In this document: one piece after another, positions 57,489 to 64,000 of the stretch
Numbering within the stretch: position 1 is the stretch's first letter
Layout: every line of letters begins with the position of its first letter
NCBI GenBank assembly: GCA_017647405.1
Contig: JAGCKR010000064.1
Span: forward strand, 9,988-73,987
Direction: 5' to 3'
Source of the DNA: Alphaproteobacteria bacterium
GTDB taxonomy: Bacteria > Pseudomonadota > Alphaproteobacteria > CAAHEQ01 > UBA3637
Length of the DNA stretch: 64,000 bases
The notes under the pieces: generated by a model
Databases searched by the model: none
The model's input: only the letters and a program-made list of their open reading frames with translations
Told to the model about the DNA's origin: nothing
Made by a program: the position numbers and the translations under genes

Positions 57489-58163
57489 ATGAAAAAAATA
57501 ACTGTTAATGGGCTTGATGTTATTCTTTTAAAACGCTTGAAGCAAAAAACACTTCGGTTAAGTGTTGCAAAAACTGGATCTGTTCGATTGACGATGCCTT
57601 ATTTTGTGAGCGAAAAGAAAGCTGTTTTGTTTTTAATGACGCATTTTAACTGGATTAAGGAAAAACAGAGTGCTTGTAAGGAAAAAGTTTTTAAAGATGG
57701 TGATGAAGTTTTAATACTTGGAAAAAAATATAAAATTATACATGATGAAACGCAAACCCATGGCGTTGTGATTCAACAGGATGAAATGTATGTGGGGGGA
57801 GAAAAAGAGTTTTTGCACCGTCGAATTTCAAATTTTGCCAAAAAAGAACTTTTGAAATATATTTGTGAAAAAGCACCTAAGATGGCATCGGGTTTTGATA
57901 AAAAAATTAATCGAATAACTTTGAAAGATACAACTTCCAGATGGGGGAGTTGTTCCTCAAAAGGGAATCTGAATTTTTGTTTTAAATTGGCCTTTGCTCC
58001 CCTTTTTGTGATTGACTATTTGATAGCTCATGAAGTAGCGCATTTAAAAGAAATGAATCATTCTGATGATTTTTGGCAGTGTGTGGCAAAAATGAATGTT
58101 GAGCAGGCACAGGCAGAAATTTGGTTGCGAAAAAATGGTAGAGAGCTGATGAAAATTAAATAG
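57489..58163 (+). CDS. YgjP-like metal-dependent hydrolase (DUF45/M48 superfamily)
   Basis: C-terminal VIDYLIAHEVAHLKEMNHSDDFW (HExxH...H). Confidence 0.75.
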   Translation: MKKITVNGLDVILLKRLKQKTLRLSVAKTGSVRLTMPYFVSEKKAVLFLMTHFNWIKEKQSACKEKVFKDGDEVLILGKKYKIIHDETQTHGVVIQQDEMYVGGEKEFLHRRISNFAKKELLKYICEKAPKMASGFDKKINRITLKDTTSRWGSCSSKGNLNFCFKLAFAPLFVIDYLIAHEVAHLKEMNHSDDFWQCVAKMNVEQAQAEIWLRKNGRELMKIK

Positions 58164-58237
58164 ATGGCATAAAGAGTATTTTTATGGGTATAAATTTTTT
58201 TTATATCTTGAATAGTATGGATTAGTTTGAGTGATAC

Positions 58238-58266
58238 AAAAAGAAAAGGGGCCCTAGAAGGGCCCC
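58238..58266 (-). terminator. Intrinsic terminator of the candidate sRNA
   Basis: On the minus strand, GGGGCCC-ttcta-GGGCCCC followed by TTTTCTTTTT. Confidence 0.8.
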
Positions 58267-58392
58267 TAGCGGAAAGAGGAACAATGAAAAAAGGGGGGGG
58301 ACAGGTTCTCTCTTTCCCAATGGTGTTTGGTTTCACAAAAATAGGGAGACTAAAAAATAACTCAAACACCTTGATCATCACCTCTTGATGAT
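58238..58392 (-). ncRNA. Candidate small RNA (family not recognised)
   Basis: Lies between a consensus promoter and a GC-rich intrinsic terminator. Four hairpins are readable by eye. It is a GC-rich island in an AT-rich spacer with no credible ORF. Confidence 0.5.
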
Positions 58393-58398
58393 GGTTGC

Positions 58399-58427
58399 AT
58401 TATAGCTTATTTTTAAAAAAAAGTCAA
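58399..58427 (-). promoter_or_regulatory. Near-consensus sigma70 promoter of the candidate sRNA
   Basis: On the minus strand, TTGACT (58427-58422), 17-nt spacer, TATAAT (58404-58399). Confidence 0.6.
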
Positions 58428-58803
58428 CACTTTTTTATAAATAAATTGACAAAAGAGTTAAAATAGAAAATATGCTAAAAATATCTTTTAATATCAATAT
58501 ATTATAAGGTTATTGATTTTTTGTTTTTTTGAGAAAAAGTAAAAAAAATAAAAATCAAAAAAATTTTTTTTAATAAAAATATACCTTAAAATCCTCTTAA
58601 AATGGGGTTTTAAGCGTAAAAATTAACAAATTATTAATCAGATTCGCGATATTTAAATTTAAATCTTTGTAACATGTTGAAAAATAAAAATAATTTTGAT
58701 TTTTCTGATTCTTAAAAAATCAAGAAAAAAGAGCGACAGAGGAAGTTTCGTTTTTTTTAGGAGGAGTATCGCTCTTTAATGGAAGAATAAGAAGATATGT
58801 CTT

Positions 58804-59487
58804 TTAATGATAAGCGCGCATTAACCCAACCAATAATCCTTGAACTTCAACACGAGCAATATCAAGAGTTCTTGGTTCATAAGCAGGATTTTCTGGAATA
58901 AGGGTGACTTGTCTGCCTTTAACTTGAATACGTTTTAATGTAGCTTCAAAACCATCAACAAGCGCCACAACAATAGATCCATTTGGAGCATAGTCAGCGC
59001 GTTTGATAATAACGGTATCGCCATCCATAATCCCCGCATTGATCATTGAGTCCCCTTCAATTTTAAGGGCATAATGTTCACCGGAGCCCATCATATGGGA
59101 TGGAACGGTAACCATATCGTTGGGATTGCGAATAGCCTCAATGGGAACGCCGGCGGCAATTTTGCCAAATAATGGAATTTCAATTGAGTTATCGTTTACA
59201 ACATTGTAAACAGCTTGAGAAAATCCTTTTGTTTTATTTTTGCCCATCACTTTAACGGGGGCAACATATTTTTCAGCCGGCATGGCAATTACTTCGATGG
59301 CTCTAGCCCTATTAGGTGCTCTTTTAATGAACTTTCTTTGCTCAAGGGCGTTGATAATCCGATGAATGCCGGATTTTGAATGAAGATTAAGTTTTTCTTT
59401 CATTTCATCAAATGAAGGGCAAACACCTTTTTCTTTAATGGTGTCATTAATAAAAGTTAAGAGTAAATATTGTTTTTGTGTTAGCAT
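58804..59487 (-). CDS. lexA: SOS repressor LexA
   Basis: N-terminal winged HTH (LTQKQYLLLTFINDTIKEKGVCPSFDEM). S24 peptidase domain with GDSM (Ser) and ATLKR (Lys). GGAGGG RBS before ATG 59487. Confidence 0.9.
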   Translation of the reverse strand: MLTQKQYLLLTFINDTIKEKGVCPSFDEMKEKLNLHSKSGIHRIINALEQRKFIKRAPNRARAIEVIAMPAEKYVAPVKVMGKNKTKGFSQAVYNVVNDNSIEIPLFGKIAAGVPIEAIRNPNDMVTVPSHMMGSGEHYALKIEGDSMINAGIMDGDTVIIKRADYAPNGSIVVALVDGFEATLKRIQVKGRQVTLIPENPAYEPRTLDIARVEVQGLLVGLMRAYH

Positions 59488-59510
59488 ATCATCCCTCCGA
59501 TTTAAGAAAT

Positions 59511-59525
59511 ATTCTACTTTTGTTC
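59511..59525. promoter_or_regulatory. Alphaproteobacterial-type LexA box candidate (GAAC-N7-GAAT on the lexA strand)
   Basis: The plus strand reads ATTC-tactttt-GTTC. It lies immediately downstream of the lexA -10 element. Confidence 0.5.
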
Positions 59526-59527
59526 TT

Positions 59528-59556
59528 ATGCTAAAATAAAAAAAATGCTTTGTCAA
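59528..59556 (-). promoter_or_regulatory. Putative lexA promoter
   Basis: On the minus strand, TTGACA (59556-59551), 17-nt spacer, TAGCAT (59533-59528). Confidence 0.5.
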
Positions 59557-59668
59557 TAAAAAAAATTTTAAGATTAAAATGGATGTTTTTTAGGGGTTTT
59601 TATTGAAATATTTGACTTTTTCTTCACTTTGAGTTATACTTGTATTTAATATGACAGAATGAAAAGGG

Positions 59669-60163
59669 ATGAAAAAGATGATTGAAGAAGAAATTGAAAG
59701 AGATAATATTCAGGTTTTGATGGCTCATCGGATTCAAAGTGCAATTGATGCGGGGGATTTGATTGAGCTTCAAGATTGTGCCGCTCTTTTGGATGTGAAA
59801 CGCATCTTTTTTGTTGAAATGGATGAGGAAACGGATCGAAAACTTGCCAAGCCGATTCTTGTTTATGCCGCAGAACATGGATCTGTTGATGTGGTTAAAT
59901 TTTTGCTTGAGATGGGGTGCGATATTAATGCTCAGGATACGTTTGGGAATACGGCGCTTTTATGTGCGGTTGAAAATAACAGATATGAATTGATGAAATT
60001 TTTGTTGCGTCAACCGGGCATTCACGTTGAGCTTGCCAATTTTTATGGCGAGAATATTTTTTCAATTGCGGCTCTTAATAATGATGAACAGATCATGTCG
60101 CATTTAAAAACGTTAAAGTTTCAAAAATCAGATATTGCCGAAAGTGTTTTCCAAGTTAATTAA
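59669..60163 (+). CDS. Ankyrin-repeat protein
   Basis: PILVYAAEHGSVDVVKFLLEMGCDINAQDTFGNTALLCAVENNRYELMKFLL gives at least 2-3 ANK units. Confidence 0.75.
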   Translation: MKKMIEEEIERDNIQVLMAHRIQSAIDAGDLIELQDCAALLDVKRIFFVEMDEETDRKLAKPILVYAAEHGSVDVVKFLLEMGCDINAQDTFGNTALLCAVENNRYELMKFLLRQPGIHVELANFYGENIFSIAALNNDEQIMSHLKTLKFQKSDIAESVFQVN

Positions 60164-60201
60164 AATTATTTTAAGTTGTTAAATCAATAAGGCTGTTATT
60201 T

Positions 60202-62334
60202 TTATGATTTAATTTTGATTAATCTCGGTGTTTCAATATTTTCAAATTTAATTAGTCCGGTATTATCGTTTTGGTTATATTCAATAAGAGTGCCTTTCCC
60301 TAAATATTTATGGTTAATAGTAGATCCAACTTCATAATTATGCATTTGTGTGTTGTTAATAAATGCATCGATTCTTGTGATTTGTTGTTTTGTTTGATTT
60401 TTGTATTCTTCATCTAGTTTGGTAATAAATGTTAATAGCTTTGGATTTATTTCTAAAATAAAGCGAGATGGATATCTGAATGAATTATCAAAATTTAGGC
60501 CTTCTGAATCAGATAAAAATAATTTGAGTTCAGCTCTTGTAATTGCAACATAAGCAAGTCGTCGTTCCTCTTCAAGTTCTGTATTGCTTTTGACATTATA
60601 AGATGGAAAAATACCTTCAGATAGTGAGCAAAGAAATACATAAGGGAACTCTAATCCTTTTGCGGTGTGGATAGTCATAAGTTTAATGGAATTTTGATCA
60701 GTTGTTTTTTTATCTTGATTTGTTAGCAATGATATTTGTTGTAAATATTCAGTAAGTTCAAGTTTCTCGCCAAAATGACTTTCATACTCAATGATTGATT
60801 GTTTGAGCTCAGCTAAATTATCAAGTCGTTCTTGATCTCCATCCCTTTTTAGTTCTTCTTGGTAGCCACTTTTTGTTAATAAAAATTCTAATATGTCTGT
60901 TAATTTTGCTGTTTTTAATTTTTTTTCTGCTGTATTAAATAATTTAACAAAATTCATAGCGTGAGTGTTGGTTAATCTATTTTCTTTTATGTTTTTGATT
61001 AAAGCAGAGTATAGTGAGCACGAATTTTGATTTGCAGTGTTTTGAATTAGTTCAATCTTTTTTTTCCCAATACCTCGTTTTGGGGTGTTGATGATTCTTA
61101 AAAAAGAAATATCATCTTTATATAAAAGGAATCTCATATAAGACAGTATATCTTTTACTTCTCTTCGTTCATAAAAGCTGATTCCACTGTAAATAGTGTA
61201 GGGTATTTTTGCTCTTATTAGGCCATCTTCAAGTGTTCTCGAACAATAATGAGCTCTGTATAGAATAGCAATATCCCTGTAGTTTGCTTTTTGTTTTTTG
61301 AGTTTTTTGATTTCTTTTATAATCCAATCAGTTTCTAATTTTGCCGTTTTTAGATGATTATAAATGACTGGATTTGTTAGAGTTTTAACGGCAGATAAAT
61401 CTTTTTTTATTCTATCTTTGTTGTTTGAAATAAGTGAATTTGCAACGTCTAAAATATTTTGCGTTGACCTGTAATTTTTATTCAAAACAAAGGTTTTAAC
61501 GTTTTTAAATTGATTGTTGAAATCTAAAATGAAATTTTGTTGGGATCCGCGCCAAGAATAAATGGTTTGATCTGGATCACCAACAATAAATAGGTTTTTA
61601 TGGTGTTGGCTTAAATAAGATACTAAGATATATTGACGTTCTGATACATCTTGAAATTCGTCAACCATAATATATTGAAGACGTTCTTGCCATTTTTTTA
61701 AAATTTTTTTAAAATTTCTGAATATATACAGTGTAAAATAAATTAGATCATCAAAATCTAGACCAAATGCTTTCTTTTGCTCATAGATGTACCCATATAA
61801 TATTTTATTATGAGGATCAGGATTTTGTTTTGCGAGATTATATTTTTTTGATATCTCACTTGTATTTGAATTAATTAAAAAATCAATATCTTTATTTTTG
61901 GATATGAAATCAATAGCATTTTTGAATGTAATGTCACTTTGTGAAAGCTGGCAATCCTCATATACTTTTCTTAGAATTGTTTTTTTATCTTCGTTATCTA
62001 TAATAAAAAATTGTTTTGGGTAATTGAGTGTGTGGATATCTTCTCGTAAAATGGTTACACAGAAAGAGTGGAATGTCGAAATGTAGGCAGTATCGTGATC
62101 GCCAATTAGGTTTTTAATGCGATTTTTCATTTCTTGTGCTGCTTTATTAGTAAAAGTTACGCAAAGAATACTTTTTGTTGGAATGTCTAAATTTTGGACA
62201 AGGTGCGCATACCTGTGTGTTAAAACTTTTGTTTTTCCGCTTCCTGCTCCAGCTATGATTCTGATATAGCCTTCTGTTTCAAGAACACAAATTTGTTGAT
62301 CGGGATTTAGACTATTTAATAAACTGTTTGTCAT
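60202..62334 (-). CDS. UvrD/PcrA/Rep-family superfamily 1 DNA helicase
   Basis: AGAGSGKTKVLTHR (motif I), IMVDEFQDVS (motif II), TIHTAKGLEF and VAITRA late motifs. Tudor-like C-terminal tail. Confidence 0.85.
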   Translation of the reverse strand: MTNSLLNSLNPDQQICVLETEGYIRIIAGAGSGKTKVLTHRYAHLVQNLDIPTKSILCVTFTNKAAQEMKNRIKNLIGDHDTAYISTFHSFCVTILREDIHTLNYPKQFFIIDNEDKKTILRKVYEDCQLSQSDITFKNAIDFISKNKDIDFLINSNTSEISKKYNLAKQNPDPHNKILYGYIYEQKKAFGLDFDDLIYFTLYIFRNFKKILKKWQERLQYIMVDEFQDVSERQYILVSYLSQHHKNLFIVGDPDQTIYSWRGSQQNFILDFNNQFKNVKTFVLNKNYRSTQNILDVANSLISNNKDRIKKDLSAVKTLTNPVIYNHLKTAKLETDWIIKEIKKLKKQKANYRDIAILYRAHYCSRTLEDGLIRAKIPYTIYSGISFYERREVKDILSYMRFLLYKDDISFLRIINTPKRGIGKKKIELIQNTANQNSCSLYSALIKNIKENRLTNTHAMNFVKLFNTAEKKLKTAKLTDILEFLLTKSGYQEELKRDGDQERLDNLAELKQSIIEYESHFGEKLELTEYLQQISLLTNQDKKTTDQNSIKLMTIHTAKGLEFPYVFLCSLSEGIFPSYNVKSNTELEEERRLAYVAITRAELKLFLSDSEGLNFDNSFRYPSRFILEINPKLLTFITKLDEEYKNQTKQQITRIDAFINNTQMHNYEVGSTINHKYLGKGTLIEYNQNDNTGLIKFENIETPRLIKIKS

Positions 62335-62556
62335 GTTTTACTCGTTTGCCTGTGATCATAAAGTATCATTTTTTTTAAATTTAAACAATCTTTTTTTATG
62401 AAAAATGAGGTGTTGAATGAAGAGTATTTTATTGTTTTTTACGATAATAGGCAAAAATAAGAAAATTTTGCTGTTCAAATACATTAAAGAATTTCAACTA
62501 GCAAGTTGATAGTTGGAATTAGACGAGAACCCTTGTGTGAGAGTTCTTTCACGCAC

Positions 62557-62580
62557 AAAAAAAAGACCGCGAATGCGGTC
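62557..62580 (-). terminator. Rho-independent terminator of tRNA-Asp
   Basis: On the minus strand, GACCGC-attc-GCGGTC followed by T8. Confidence 0.8.
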
Positions 62581-62586
62581 CTTAAA

Positions 62587-62663
62587 TGGCGGGAGTGAAG
62601 GGACTCGAACCCTCGGCCTCCTGCGTGACAGGCAGGCGCTCTAACCAGCTGAGCTACACCCCC
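62587..62663 (-). tRNA. tRNA-Asp (anticodon GUC), CCA encoded
   Basis: Reverse complement is GGGGGTGTAGCTCAGCTGGTTAGAGCGCCTGCCTGTCACGCAGGAGGCCGAGGGTTCGAGTCCCTTCACTCCCGCCA. Confidence 0.95.
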
Positions 62664-62751
62664 AAGGTGTGCTATAATTAATAGCAGAAAAAATTTAGGT
62701 TTGCAAGCTTTTTTTTATAAAAAATAATTTTTTTTTATAATCTATTTATTT

Positions 62752-63768
62752 TTAAACATTTTTTGCCAAATAAACAAGCCCGTTTAATTGGATATCTTGT
62801 TGTTCAATCAAGAAAACGGAAATATTTTTGAGATAATCAGCAAAAGATTTTTTTAGATAAAAATATTTTTTAAAGTCTGATTTGAGAAGCAAGGTGCGAA
62901 TGGTTGCTTGATTTAATAAGTTCCCAACCAAATAAACGCCCCCCTTTGTTTTAAGAGAAAGAGCCAAGTTTGAAGCATATATACCTAAAAATTCAAAAAA
63001 GTACCAAAAGGTCAGTAAGGCAATTTCATCATGTTTGGCTGCCAAATCAGTTACTTCTTTAGGCCTGAGTGGGAAAAGGTCTGCTTCAGTTGTTTCTGTT
63101 ATACCAAAAGAGGTTTTCATGGTTTCGGTTTCGCTTATCCATGAAGCATCCGGTGCTTGTTGATGGATTTTTAAAATAGCGCTATAAAGACGAAGCAATC
63201 CAGAGCCGGAAAGAATATCTTCAAATGAAACAACTTGTTCTTCTTTTGAGATTTCCGCCAAAATTTTTTGTTGATTTTGAGTGATTGGCGAAAGAGATGA
63301 GTGTCCGGCTTCTGAGGAAAGAACTTGATATTCTGAACTGTTCGGTATTAAAAAACAGCTACCAAGACCTGTTCCTGGGCCTAAAACAAGTTTGATATCC
63401 TGTTCTTCTTTTGTGTTACTCGTTAGCGGTCGCAAATCTTTTTCTTTGGCTTTTAAAATCCCCCATCCTTGCAATTCAAAATCATTCACAAGTTTGATTT
63501 TTGTGTTAGGATATTCTTTTTTTAAATCTAATAAGTTAATTTCAAAATCGGCATTGGTGAGACGGGTGATATCTTCTTGAATAATCCCTGCAACTCCAAA
63601 AATCATTTTTTGGGGGATAATGGATATAGGGGTTAAATATTCCTTTAAAACATCACTGAGTGTGCGATAATTGCTTGTTTTATAATATTGAAGGAAAGAA
63701 ACTTGCGTTTCATTTAAAAGCATTAATCTGATATTTGTTCCACCGATATCTGCTAATAACACACTCAT
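62752..63768 (-). CDS. glk: Glucokinase
   Basis: LLADIGGTNIRL ATP-binding N-terminus, GPGTGLG, and the size and layout of Glk. Confidence 0.8.
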   Translation of the reverse strand: MSVLLADIGGTNIRLMLLNETQVSFLQYYKTSNYRTLSDVLKEYLTPISIIPQKMIFGVAGIIQEDITRLTNADFEINLLDLKKEYPNTKIKLVNDFELQGWGILKAKEKDLRPLTSNTKEEQDIKLVLGPGTGLGSCFLIPNSSEYQVLSSEAGHSSLSPITQNQQKILAEISKEEQVVSFEDILSGSGLLRLYSAILKIHQQAPDASWISETETMKTSFGITETTEADLFPLRPKEVTDLAAKHDEIALLTFWYFFEFLGIYASNLALSLKTKGGVYLVGNLLNQATIRTLLLKSDFKKYFYLKKSFADYLKNISVFLIEQQDIQLNGLVYLAKNV

Positions 63769-63778
63769 ACAGCCCTCC

Positions 63779-64000
63779 TTATTTAAAAATTGAAATGAAT
63801 TCTTTGCCGACGCAAGCCAAATTTTGGAAAACGCATTTAATGCCGATTAAAATTTTTGCATACCATTTTTCATGCTCAGTTGAAGATAAGCAAGACAGAA
63901 GTTTATTCGTGCATCCGGCGGTGAATACTTCATTTGAAAAAAGCGCAATCACCCAACAAATCAGAGCCACAATAATTCCAAAGGCTAAAACTTTTCCAAA
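63779..64000 (-). CDS. C-terminal fragment of a membrane protein (gene continues beyond the window)
   Basis: The reading frame stays open to position 64000 and the translation is hydrophobic. No family assignable. Confidence 0.3.
   Translation of the reverse strand, partial: FGKVLAFGIIVALICWVIALFSNEVFTAGCTNKLLSCLSSTEHEKWYAKILIGIKCVFQNLACVGKEFISIFK

Noticed and set aside
58058-58381. 107-aa ORF covering the candidate sRNA.
   Set aside because: It reads straight through the GGGGCCC/GGGCCCC terminator stem and the C8/U6 tract. It continues antisense into the 3' end of the ygjP-like gene. The start codon sits inside hairpin 1 with poor RBS spacing.
58430-58800. Long AT-rich spacer as a replication origin.
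   Set aside because: No DnaA-box-like nonamers were seen, and there are no flanking dnaA, hemE or parAB genes. Only TTAA-N7-TTAA motifs are present, and these are reported separately at low interest.

Overview
The window is visibly AT-rich and densely coding. It looks like chromosomal DNA from an alphaproteobacterium, probably a host-associated or intracellular lineage (Holosporales/Rickettsiales-like). The alphaproteobacterial call rests on several features:
- An atp(H)AGDC operon with no F0 genes.
- The long-type L36.
- The gene orders maf / RNase E/G-like / yacG and rpmI-rplT-pheS-pheT.
- A GAAC-N7-GAAT LexA box.

The host-associated guess rests on secreted or eukaryote-like repeat proteins: ANK, MORN and two Sel1.

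Most of the window is housekeeping:
- ftsEX
- miaB-ybeZ-ybeY-corC-mtaB-ftsY
- rpmH-rnpA-yidD-yidC-engB-mnmE-mnmG
- mscL and dksA-maf-yacG
- rpmI-rplT-pheST
- lnt and rpmJ
- the F1 ATP synthase operon
- lexA, uvrD-like and glk
- tRNA-Glu, tRNA-Phe and tRNA-Asp

rpmH and rpmJ fall below the ORF-track size cutoff and were found by hand.

Accessory content:
- A roughly 7-kb surface-glycan cluster (14.3-21.7 kb) with CDP-glycerol (teichoic-acid/TagF-like) chemistry.
- A tandemly duplicated secreted GT-like gene whose second copy is decaying.
- Several orphan genes.

Most interesting observations:
1. atpA is fused in frame to only the C-terminal domain of subunit delta. No delta N-terminal domain is encoded at the locus, and gamma and epsilon are also expanded.
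2. A roughly 155-nt candidate sRNA (58.24-58.39 kb, minus strand) lies between a consensus promoter and a strong intrinsic terminator, and folds into four hairpins.
3. A catalytically dead serine-recombinase homologue heads the glycan cluster. Its promoter is bracketed by a 13-bp inverted repeat and a 17/18-bp direct repeat of a TTAGATTT core.
4. A 12-TM transporter-like protein fused to HEAT repeats is translationally coupled to a cNMP-binding protein.
5. A duplicated tRNA-Glu 3' end flanks a GC-rich 150-bp insert.

I recognised no CRISPR array, transposase, integrase or prophage genes. All calls come from reading the sequence and translations by eye. No database search, folding or GC computation was run.
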